Notes under the pieces: generated by a model
What the model saw: only the letters and a program-made list of their open reading frames with translations
Databases searched by the model: none
What the model was told of the DNA's origin: nothing
In this document: positions 8,769-16,831 of the stretch, piece by piece
Layout of the letters: each line of letters starts with the position of its first letter
Numbering within the stretch: the stretch's first letter is position 1
Translations under genes and position numbers: made by a program
DNA from: an uncultured bacterium
Lineage (GTDB): Bacteria; Bacillota_I; Bacilli_A; RF39; UBA660
DNA length: 64,000 nucleotides
Direction of reading: 5' to 3'
NCBI GenBank assembly: GCA_949285875.1
Contig: CASDZZ010000001.1
Span: 7,110 to 71,109 of the forward strand

Positions 8769-10382
8769 ATGGAAAATATAAAGAGCAAAATTATTCCAGA
8801 AAATTTAAAAACAAATATTGATGAAGTTATGGAACAACAGTTATTTAATGCTAATAGATATTATGCGGAGTCTAATCCTGAAATAAGTAATTTAATGCAA
8901 AATGAATTACATCAAAGACCAGAGGATTTTTTACAAAAATTAATGGAAAGGTGGAATTGGCATAATACTTATTATGAATTATTATTAGAACCTGCTTTTG
9001 ATAAAATTATTAAAGAAGATTCTATAGAATTATCTCCAGAAGAAATAAATGATATTATAAAAATATATTCTACATCGTGTTTGGTTGATGAGGCAACACT
9101 TGTGATGTCAGGTGTAATAAAGAAATATTTGGAACATAATTATCCAAATATTAACGTAACGGATGAGAATATTCCATTAAGCAAGGCAAATATAATGCTG
9201 ATTACCCCACCAATAGAAACCTTTTTTGCTCAATATCAAATTGACCATTTATATTATATATATCTACTTAAAACTAAAGATGCTGATACATCTAAGTTTA
9301 AAGAATATTTATTAAAAAAATATCATGCTTGTGATGAAAAAATATTTTTGTCTAGATTTACAAGAAAATTCGGTAACAAATTACAAATGTCAGAAAGAGA
9401 AATTTTAGAAGAAATTAGACATTATAAAATATCTGAGTCATATAAAACACAACATTTTTATTTCACATTAGAACATAGTGATAGAAAAGCTATTAGAGAT
9501 ATAATTATTTATGATAACTTAGATGAAAAATTAATAGCATCAAATTTAATTGGAGTTTCAGGATTCTTATTTAGAAGAAAGGTTTTAGAATATTTAAATA
9601 ATAGTGGTATTTTAAGAAATAATGGTTATATATATGAATTTAATAATGATGTAATTATAAATTCATTAGAAATGTTAAAAAATGAAAGGGAAATCAAAAT
9701 GGATAAAAATGTTAGACCATACAAACAAAAAGGAGATACCTGTGCTATCGTTTGTATGATGATGGTGTTAGAATATTATAAAGTAATAGAAAAAGCAAAT
9801 TGGTATGATGAAAGAAGACTATATAAAATATATGGTTCAGAATATATGAATGGAACTCCATTTTCAGCATTAGCATTTCATATGGCAAAAAATGGTTTGA
9901 ATGTTACTATGTATCATGAAAATAAAGATTTGTTTGAAAATAGTCATAATGTTCTTAGAAATGAAGATTTTGAATTTGCAATGAATGAATATAAAGAGTA
10001 TTTAGGCTACGCTAAAAACAAGGGAGTAAAGGTTTTAAATGGAACCCCAATAAATACGGATGTATTAAAGCGAAAATTACAAGATGGTAATTTAGTTATA
10101 TTAGCCGGCGAAATATTTGAAGTATATCATGCAATATTACTTACAGGTTATGATGAAAATGGATTTATAGTTTGTGACCCTTTATATAAAACAAAGCAAA
10201 CAAGGACCTTTGAAGAAATAGAAAGCTTTATGAATACAAGTATTGGGAAATGGTTTATCACAGTTAATGATAAAACAAAAGAGAAAGAAAAATTAATATC
10301 TAATTTAGATAAATTTACCGAAGAAGCAAAAGATTTTATGACTAAAAAAGAGGATAGGAGTCTTCGTCATGTTAAAAAATGA
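8769..10382 (+). CDS. Two-domain protein: unknown N-terminal about 310 aa + papain-like cysteine peptidase (C39-like) domain
   Basis: QKGDTCAIVCMMMVLEYY (Cys) and YHAILLTGYDENGFIVCDP (His) are spaced as in Peptidase_C39-like domains. RBS AGGAGG. Confidence 0.6.
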   Translation: MENIKSKIIPENLKTNIDEVMEQQLFNANRYYAESNPEISNLMQNELHQRPEDFLQKLMERWNWHNTYYELLLEPAFDKIIKEDSIELSPEEINDIIKIYSTSCLVDEATLVMSGVIKKYLEHNYPNINVTDENIPLSKANIMLITPPIETFFAQYQIDHLYYIYLLKTKDADTSKFKEYLLKKYHACDEKIFLSRFTRKFGNKLQMSEREILEEIRHYKISESYKTQHFYFTLEHSDRKAIRDIIIYDNLDEKLIASNLIGVSGFLFRRKVLEYLNNSGILRNNGYIYEFNNDVIINSLEMLKNEREIKMDKNVRPYKQKGDTCAIVCMMMVLEYYKVIEKANWYDERRLYKIYGSEYMNGTPFSALAFHMAKNGLNVTMYHENKDLFENSHNVLRNEDFEFAMNEYKEYLGYAKNKGVKVLNGTPINTDVLKRKLQDGNLVILAGEIFEVYHAILLTGYDENGFIVCDPLYKTKQTRTFEEIESFMNTSIGKWFITVNDKTKEKEKLISNLDKFTEEAKDFMTKKEDRSLRHVKK

Positions 10383-10704
10383 GTATTTATTTTATAGCGA
10401 TTATTTTAAAAAAAGAAATATTAAGAATAAATCAATCATGGTTGCGAAAACTAAAGAATCATATTTAATTGGTCCAATAATAAACTCTGATTTTGATGAA
10501 CAATCATTTTATAAAAGAATTAAATCAAATAGTATATATACAACTAAAATATATAAAAGAATGTTTAGAAATAAATGTAATTTATTAATTAATAAATATA
10601 AAAAAAATTTAAAAAACAATCAAATAATTGAAGTTTACAAAAATGGTGAAATAGTTTTACATTCAATTTTAAAAGTTCCAGGTGAAGATGATGAAAAAAA
10701 ATAA
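10369..10704 (+). CDS. Small basic protein, 111 aa, translationally coupled to the flanking genes (possible YcaO partner/peptide-recognition protein)
   Basis: RBS GGATAGGAG. Overlaps the upstream gene by 14 nt and the YcaO start region. No motif recognised. Confidence 0.5.
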   Translation: MLKNEYLFYSDYFKKRNIKNKSIMVAKTKESYLIGPIINSDFDEQSFYKRIKSNSIYTTKIYKRMFRNKCNLLINKYKKNLKNNQIIEVYKNGEIVLHSILKVPGEDDEKK

Positions 10705-11968
10705 GTTGATATTAAATAGACAAGAAATTATAGATATTTTAGGAAAAGAATATAAAAGTTTAGCAAATATATTTAGTGATAAAGTTGGGATAGTAAATGC
10801 CATGTTAGAAAGGCACGAATTAGATAAATATGACCTTTTTATGTATCAATGTTTGAGTGCCAATGTTACTAAACTATTTGATTTAAACAGAGAAGTTTCA
10901 AGTGGTGGTCTTGGAGTTCATGAAGATAAAAAAACTGCAATGATAAGTTGTTTAGCAGAAGCTTTAGAAAGATATTGCATGTCTTTTATTCCTAAAGGAG
11001 ATTTAATTATTTGTAGAAAAAGAGATTTAAATAATAAATATGTATTTCAATCTTTTTATACTTATAACAAAAATCAATATAATCGAAATAAAAATTTTCT
11101 AGATCCTAATAATGATATTATTGAATGGACAAAAATAATTAGTGTAAATAATAAAAATAATTTTAAATATTGGCCAGCAAGTTTAATATATTTACCATAT
11201 GAAGTAAATTCAGTTGTGGCAGAGACCACGTCAACTGGTATGGCGGCAGGTTTTGATATAAATGAGTGTGTTGAAAGTGGATTAATGGAATTAATTGAAA
11301 GAGATAGTTTAATGATTAATTTTATGCAAAGATTAAATCCTCCAGAAATTAATTTAGATACAATTAGTGGCATAAATCAAAAACTTATTTTAACAATAAA
11401 AAAGGAATATAATATAAAAATATATCAATTATATTCTGATATAGATGTACCAATTTATCTTTCTATAATTTATAAGGGAAATAATAAAGATACGCATTAT
11501 GGTATTGGAGCCTGCGCAAATGTTGATTCAGATTACGCAATTAATAAGTCCTTAAAAGAATGTTTATTTACATATTTTTATTCTTTGAATATAATGGATG
11601 CGAAGGTAGAAAATCCTAATAATATTAAAGCTTTGTATGAACATTTTCTATATTACCAAGGAAACAATTTTAAAGATTTATTATTTGATAGTAAAATTAT
11701 TAAATATGAAAGAAAGAAAACCTCATTAAAAAAAGTGATTGAAAACTTAAAATCTAAAAATATTGATGTATTCTATAAAGAATTAACAACAGATGATATT
11801 AAAGCGACAAAAATAAGAGTATTAAAGGTAATTGCTCCAGGGCTTATAGATATGCATAAAAGTCATATATTACCACGTTTGGGAGCTGAAAGATATTGGA
11901 GTGTTCCTCAAAAATTAGGTTTAAAGTATTTTAAAAAATTATGTGATAAGCCACACCCTTTTCCTTAA
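10688..11968 (+). CDS. YcaO-domain protein (ATP-dependent peptide backbone amide activation / cyclodehydratase family)
   Basis: SSGGLGVHEDKKTAMISCLAEALERYC, ELIERDS, and a proline-rich C-terminus ending PHPFP. Confidence 0.85.
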   Translation: MMKKNKLILNRQEIIDILGKEYKSLANIFSDKVGIVNAMLERHELDKYDLFMYQCLSANVTKLFDLNREVSSGGLGVHEDKKTAMISCLAEALERYCMSFIPKGDLIICRKRDLNNKYVFQSFYTYNKNQYNRNKNFLDPNNDIIEWTKIISVNNKNNFKYWPASLIYLPYEVNSVVAETTSTGMAAGFDINECVESGLMELIERDSLMINFMQRLNPPEINLDTISGINQKLILTIKKEYNIKIYQLYSDIDVPIYLSIIYKGNNKDTHYGIGACANVDSDYAINKSLKECLFTYFYSLNIMDAKVENPNNIKALYEHFLYYQGNNFKDLLFDSKIIKYERKKTSLKKVIENLKSKNIDVFYKELTTDDIKATKIRVLKVIAPGLIDMHKSHILPRLGAERYWSVPQKLGLKYFKKLCDKPHPFP

Positions 11969-11989
11969 TTATTTGTGAGGTGTTTGAAA

Positions 11990-12955
11990 ATGAAAAAAGA
12001 AATATTAACAAACTTATTTGCCGATTTATTAAATGTTATTGATAAAAATGAAATAAATGAAATTAAATTAAAAATTGATTTAAATGATAACAATATTTAT
12101 TCGATACTTGATAAAATTTGTTTGTATTTTTACACATTGTATAATGATAGTGCAATAACTATAGAAAAATACAATATGATATTAAATACTATCAATAAAT
12201 ATTATAACAAGAGTGCTGATTATATTTATAATAGGATAGATTGGATTACTGAAGCCTATTTAAGTAATCCTAAAATTTCTTTAGATTACCATCATCAACA
12301 GTTATTATCATATTTTAAAAAAATAAATATTATTTTGAATAAATATAAAATTGATTATTTTCATGCAAGTGGATTTATAGGGTATATATTATCAGATAAG
12401 AAATTAGAAAGATTTCATCATGATATTGACTTGTATGTAAATGAAAAATGTTTGAATGATTTAATTGATGGCTTTTTAAAAGAAAATTTCGATATTATTT
12501 ATACTCATGAAAAATACAAAGAAAATTTATTTAGACATGGTTTTAAAATAAAAAGTAATGATGTAGATATTCCTATATGGTTATCTTTTTATGAGTGTCT
12601 TTCGAATGGCGCAATATATGTTAAAGAGTACTACGAAGACAAAGATAAAAATCAAATTACAAAAAGGAATTATAATACACCTTTATGCACATTATTGAGT
12701 TTAACTGATGGCAACTATAATGGTATAAAGTTTAAATCCATGAGTTTAGAGGCACTTTATTGTAGTAAAAATGGTAATCGAAAAAAAGATATTTATGACT
12801 GTAAAGTTATAAAAGAGTTAATGGATATGAATAAAGCTGAAATGCTAAAACAGGAATTGATATACGAATGGGAAATACTAAATTATATACCTACTTCGGT
12901 TACAGATGCAATCAATAAAATTACTCGTGGAAAGGAGTTGGCGTATCATAAATAA
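11990..12955 (+). CDS. Pol-beta-fold nucleotidyltransferase (Lnu/ANT(2'')-like) with an N-terminal helical extension
   Basis: HASGFIGYILSDKKLERFHHDIDLYV resembles the GGWAxD...RxHxDIDI nucleotidyltransferase motif. RBS GTGAGGTG. Confidence 0.55.
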   Translation: MKKEILTNLFADLLNVIDKNEINEIKLKIDLNDNNIYSILDKICLYFYTLYNDSAITIEKYNMILNTINKYYNKSADYIYNRIDWITEAYLSNPKISLDYHHQQLLSYFKKINIILNKYKIDYFHASGFIGYILSDKKLERFHHDIDLYVNEKCLNDLIDGFLKENFDIIYTHEKYKENLFRHGFKIKSNDVDIPIWLSFYECLSNGAIYVKEYYEDKDKNQITKRNYNTPLCTLLSLTDGNYNGIKFKSMSLEALYCSKNGNRKKDIYDCKVIKELMDMNKAEMLKQELIYEWEILNYIPTSVTDAINKITRGKELAYHK

Positions 12956-13823
12956 ATTACCAAAAAATGAATATAGAATTTCAATAATATCAGCATGCAA
13001 TATGAGATGCGTATATTGTCACAATGAAGGTAATAAAAAAAATAGCAAACTAAGCGTAAATGATATTAGGTGCATTGTTGAAAATTCGAAAGGATTAAAC
13101 TTAACTAATATGAGATTGACGGGTGGAGAGCCGCTGTTACATCCTGATATTTATAAAATATGTAAAATGCTTTCAGAAGAATATAATCTTAAAGTGGGTA
13201 TTAATACTAATTGTATTGAAATTGATAAAATTATTTATATGATAAAAAAAGGTTGGATTGATAGGGTAATTGTAGGATTAGACTATTTTGATGGGGTTGT
13301 ATCAAAGCAATCGCCAGTAGGAAAAACCTCAAAGGAGATTTTATCTAATATATTAAAAATAAAAAGGCTAGGGTGTAATGTCTCAATTTCAACTGTATAT
13401 AATAATAATTATGACAATATATTTAAATTAGTTGGTTGGTGTGTTAATAATAAAATAAGAATTAAAATTATAGAATTAATAAAAAATGAAATACATGAAA
13501 GTTCTGATTTAAATTATATAAAAATGAGAGATTCAATTATTAAAGATTATAAATTTAAAGTTAAGATTGATGAGTTAGAAGAGTACAATTGTTATATAGA
13601 TAATTTTAATGTGGTCTCTTTTTTTCCGTCATTATGTAGATTAAGAAGATGTGATATATGTAAAAAAATACATCTTAGAATTACAAGTGAAGGTAATATA
13701 AAACAATGTATTCATTATGAAAATAATGATAAAAGTGTAATAGGAAAAAATAGTAGATTAAATATACTAGAAGAAATAAATCGTGATGTTGATTATCATT
13801 ATGAGGTAAAAAATGAAGTATAA
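12906..13823 (+). CDS. Radical SAM enzyme, MoaA-like (twitch-type C-terminal Cys cluster)
   Basis: CNMRCVYC (CxxxCxxC), LTGGEPLLHPD, C-terminal CDICKKIHLRITSEGNIKQC resembling MoaA CxxC..RLTADGKL..C. Lacks the MoaA C-terminal GG. The start is uncertain (12906 ATG overlaps the upstream gene by 50 nt). Confidence 0.8.
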   Translation: MQSIKLLVERSWRIINKLPKNEYRISIISACNMRCVYCHNEGNKKNSKLSVNDIRCIVENSKGLNLTNMRLTGGEPLLHPDIYKICKMLSEEYNLKVGINTNCIEIDKIIYMIKKGWIDRVIVGLDYFDGVVSKQSPVGKTSKEILSNILKIKRLGCNVSISTVYNNNYDNIFKLVGWCVNNKIRIKIIELIKNEIHESSDLNYIKMRDSIIKDYKFKVKIDELEEYNCYIDNFNVVSFFPSLCRLRRCDICKKIHLRITSEGNIKQCIHYENNDKSVIGKNSRLNILEEINRDVDYHYEVKNEV

Positions 13824-14172
13824 AGTATTTTGCCATGGTTTTTTACGAAATAAAAATAGAATTTTATATTTAAAAAGAGAAAAAGATAAAATATATCCAT
13901 GTAAATGGGATTTGCCAGGTGGATTTTGTGAGTCGAATGAAACGTTTGAAGATTGCATTGTGAGAGAATTTAAGGAAGAAACCAACTTAGATATATCTGT
14001 TATAGATTTGATTGATTTAAAATGCCAAATTTATAATAATGAAATTATAATTGTTCTTTTATTTGCTGTTAAGTTAAAATCCAAAAGAAAGATTAACTTG
14101 AATTTTGAACATACAGATTATGAGTATTTAGACTGTTTAAATGGTAAAGATGTTATATGGTATTTAAAATAA
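13813..14172 (+). CDS. Nudix hydrolase
   Basis: Nudix box GFCESNETFEDCIVREFKEETN. Overlaps the radical SAM gene by 11 nt. Confidence 0.85.
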   Translation: MKYKVFCHGFLRNKNRILYLKREKDKIYPCKWDLPGGFCESNETFEDCIVREFKEETNLDISVIDLIDLKCQIYNNEIIIVLLFAVKLKSKRKINLNFEHTDYEYLDCLNGKDVIWYLK

Positions 14173-14189
14173 TTATAGGGGGGTATAGT

Positions 14190-14828
14190 ATGATTAATTA
14201 TTTATTTAGCGGTATTAACTCTGAAAAAGGTTTTACAAAAGAGCAATCTAAATATTTAAAAAAAGATATTAAAAATAACTCAAATATAGTTTTTATTGCT
14301 AGTGTATTTAGTGATTATAAGAAAAATGATGAGTTATTTGAAAGCTATATAAAATGTTTCAGAAACAACAATATTAAATTTAGAAAATCAAGTATTATTG
14401 ATGATAGAATTTCTATTACTTTAGCGCATAAATTAATTAAAGATGCTGATATAATATTCTTACTTGGTGGGAATCCAGAAATGCAAATGAGATCAATTAA
14501 TCAGTATGCTTTAAGAAAGTACATAAAAAAAGTGAATATAGTAATCGGTGTTAGTGCTGGTTCCATGAATCAGTCAAAAAGAGTAATGTACAAAAATGAT
14601 TTTGAAAATTTTGTAATGAAAGATTATGAGGGCCTTGGTTTGGTAACAATAAATATTTTTCCTCACGTAGATTTGAATAATCGAACCATTATTAAAGAAG
14701 TAATGGAAATTAGTGATTATTTACCACTTGTTTTATTACCAAATGATTCTTTTATAAGAATTTCTAATAAAGTTGAATATTTTGGAAAATATTATTTTAT
14801 AAAAAATAGAGAAATTATCAGTAACTAA
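14190..14828 (+). CDS. Peptidase S51 family (dipeptidase E / cyanophycinase-like)
   Basis: ADIIFLLGGNP, nucleophile motif GVSAGSMN, IFPH. Start at the ATG behind AGGGGGG. Confidence 0.75.
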   Translation: MINYLFSGINSEKGFTKEQSKYLKKDIKNNSNIVFIASVFSDYKKNDELFESYIKCFRNNNIKFRKSSIIDDRISITLAHKLIKDADIIFLLGGNPEMQMRSINQYALRKYIKKVNIVIGVSAGSMNQSKRVMYKNDFENFVMKDYEGLGLVTINIFPHVDLNNRTIIKEVMEISDYLPLVLLPNDSFIRISNKVEYFGKYYFIKNREIISN

Positions 14829-15103
14829 AAATCTAGCTTTAAATTAATGCTATATATCTAAATATGATAATAATAATGGGATCTATTTTTTAAAAATTAT
14901 ATAAGCTATAATTGAATTAATATAGTTTTATTAAGAATAATATAAGATTAATTGTATAATTGTAAATGATGTATAATGATAAATTAAAGCATATATAATA
15001 ATTTTGCTCATTAAATGAATATAAAAGCAAAGCCATCTAATTTCAGATTAGCCTTGCTTTTTAAATATTTAAAAAAATTTATTTTTCTTTTTCAATGGTA
15101 ACT

Positions 15104-15295
15104 TTATATCCATATTTTTTTTGCTATTCTCATTAAGGTTTCAAAAGTATATCTTCTTGTTCCTCTTTCATAGCTTTGAATTGCCATGTCACTTAAACCT
15201 ATACTTTTTCCAAAGTCAGGTTGACTTTTATCTGACCATTCTCTTAAAATTTTAATTACTTCTTTTTCTTTATAATCATTTGCAACAATTCTCAT
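15104..15295 (-). CDS. Small HTH regulator (XRE-like), paralog 1
   Basis: 63 aa, about 70% identical to the neighbour. Has an A8 run where the paralog has A6, which changes the C-terminal tail. Confidence 0.6.
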   Translation of the reverse strand: MRIVANDYKEKEVIKILREWSDKSQPDFGKSIGLSDMAIQSYERGTRRYTFETLMRIAKKIWI

Positions 15296-15307
15296 TTTAT
15301 GAACTCC

Positions 15308-15586
15308 TTATGAATCTACAATACTAAAAAAAATTAATATTAAGTCCTTTTCCATACGTAGAGTATGTGCATCATTCATCTTTTTCGATTGTAATTTTAT
15401 ATCCATATTTTTTGCTATTCTTATTAATGTGTCAAAAGTGTATTTTCTTGTTCCTCTTTCATAGCTTTGGATTGTCATGCCACTAAAACCTATACTTTTT
15501 CCAAATTCTGGTTGTTTTAAATTTGTCCATTCGCGTAATATTTTTATTACGTCTTTAGATTCATAGTCATTTGCGATTATCTTCAT
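15308..15586 (-). CDS. Small HTH regulator (XRE-like), paralog 2
   Basis: Start at MKIIANDY behind AAGGAGGGGAG. QPEFGKSIGFSGMTIQSYERGTR HTH. Confidence 0.6.
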   Translation of the reverse strand: MKIIANDYESKDVIKILREWTNLKQPEFGKSIGFSGMTIQSYERGTRKYTFDTLIRIAKNMDIKLQSKKMNDAHTLRMEKDLILIFFSIVDS

Positions 15587-15706
15587 ATATGCTCCCCTCC
15601 TTGACAAACATACTCTAAGTATGTATAATTTTATTAAAATCCATACATCGCGTATGCTTAGACGTGTTAATTAACCAAAATATATGATTTTATAGGAAGT
15701 GGAGTC

Positions 15707-16189
15707 ATGAACAAGGAATTAGAATGGCATAATATAAAAATAAAAATCAAAGATATAGCAACAAAATACATTCAATATTGTTTATTGATAGATATTAATT
15801 CTACTTCAAAAATTTCTAAAGATTATACTTTGGAAATATTAGATATTAATGATATAAATAATTACACTAGGCTCAATAACATAGAATTAGAAAAACGAGT
15901 TAATAAAATAAACTCGTTTAGAATCGCATTTAATAAGTTGACAACAGAAGAAAGAAAAATAATATATTGGACTTATTTGGATAAGATAATTATGAAAGAA
16001 ACGTATAAAAAGTTATATACTCTTTTAAATACAATATTAAGTGACATTGAAAAGAGAGTAATAGAAATGATATATGGAATAAAGGGTAAACAGTACAAAC
16101 AAATTGAAATTTCAGATATTCTCAATATCCGCAGTATAAAGTTTCAAGAATTAAAAAAAAGCTTTAAAACAATTAAAATGTTATATTAA
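15707..16189 (+). CDS. Sigma-70 region-4-like / ArpU-like putative transcription factor
   Basis: TTEERKIIYWTYLDK and LSDIEKRVIEMIYG...QIEISDILNIRSIKFQELKK resemble region 4 HTH segments. Last gene before attR. Confidence 0.4.
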   Translation: MNKELEWHNIKIKIKDIATKYIQYCLLIDINSTSKISKDYTLEILDINDINNYTRLNNIELEKRVNKINSFRIAFNKLTTEERKIIYWTYLDKIIMKETYKKLYTLLNTILSDIEKRVIEMIYGIKGKQYKQIEISDILNIRSIKFQELKKSFKTIKMLY

Positions 16190-16276
16190 TGATACGATTT
16201 AAAAAAATTTTTTTAATATATATCAAAAATTGTATTTAAATGTTATAATAAAGGTACTTGTTAGATTTGATATTTA

Positions 16277-16307
16277 AATTTTTATAGTAAAATGTAAATA
16301 CAAATAA
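16277..16307 (+). repeat. attR (element-side arm TAGTAAAATGTAAATAC overlapping the core)
   Basis: Joining the two ends gives attP = TAGTAAAATGTAAATAC-AAATAAAGTC-GTATTTACATTTTGCTA, with a central non-palindromic AA. Confidence 0.8.
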
Positions 16308-16821
16308 GCTCATTAAAACTTATGAAGGCGCTGATGGGTTAAAAACAGGATATACTAGTGAGGCTGGTTACTGTTTAACAGCAACAGCTAAAAAAAATAA
16401 CATGAGATTAATAGGTACTGTTATGGGGGCTAGTGATAGTAAATCTAGAAATAGTGTGATGACAACCTTATTAAATTATGGGTATAATATGTATGAAATG
16501 CAAGTTGAAATAGAAGAAGGAAAAACGGTTGTGAAGAAAAATTCTCCTAAAGCCCTAAATGAAGAAATTTTAATTGTGCCTAAAACTGATGCAAGTGTAT
16601 TAGTAGAAAAAGGAAATGAAAAGGAAGCTTTAAATTATGAAGTTAAAATTGATAGGTTGAAGTTACCTATAAAAAAGGGCGAAAATGTTGGTACGCTTTT
16701 CTTAAAAGAAGGAAAAAAAGTTGTTAGTAAAGTTCCTTTAACGGTAAGCTGTGATGTAGAAAAAGCAGATATTTTAACGCTTTATAAAAGAAATATAAAG
16801 AAAATATTAAGTGGTGTATAA
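16294..16821 (+). CDS. D-alanyl-D-alanine carboxypeptidase, 3' segment (continues 3793..4484)
   Basis: In-frame VNTNKLIKTYEGADGLKTGYTSEAGYCLTATAKK (KTG motif) and a PBP5 C-terminal domain. A stop codon lies immediately upstream at 16288. Confidence 0.85.
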   Translation, partial: VNTNKLIKTYEGADGLKTGYTSEAGYCLTATAKKNNMRLIGTVMGASDSKSRNSVMTTLLNYGYNMYEMQVEIEEGKTVVKKNSPKALNEEILIVPKTDASVLVEKGNEKEALNYEVKIDRLKLPIKKGENVGTLFLKEGKKVVSKVPLTVSCDVEKADILTLYKRNIKKILSGV

Positions 16822-16831
16822 AGGAGGTATT

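Larger units (their letters stand above)
4471..16307 (+). mobile_element. About 11.8-kb integrated element inside the dac gene, carrying a large serine recombinase
   Basis: An identical 14-bp core GTAAATACAAATAA occurs at 4471..4484 and 16294..16307. The element ends are 17-bp inverted arms (16/17 match). An intact LSR gene lies next to attL. No phage structural genes are present. Confidence 0.85.

Noticed and set aside
12906-13823. Reading the radical SAM gene as genuine MoaA (molybdenum cofactor biosynthesis).
   Set aside because: No moaB/C/D/E or moeA genes are nearby. The conserved C-terminal Gly-Gly is missing. The gene is translationally coupled to YcaO, NTase and Nudix genes on a mobile element. 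It is called MoaA-like only.
4471-16307. Reading the dac-splitting element as a prophage.
   Set aside because: No terminase, portal, capsid, tail or lysis genes are present. The cargo is regulatory plus the enzyme operon, so it is a non-phage integrative element (or an extreme phage remnant).
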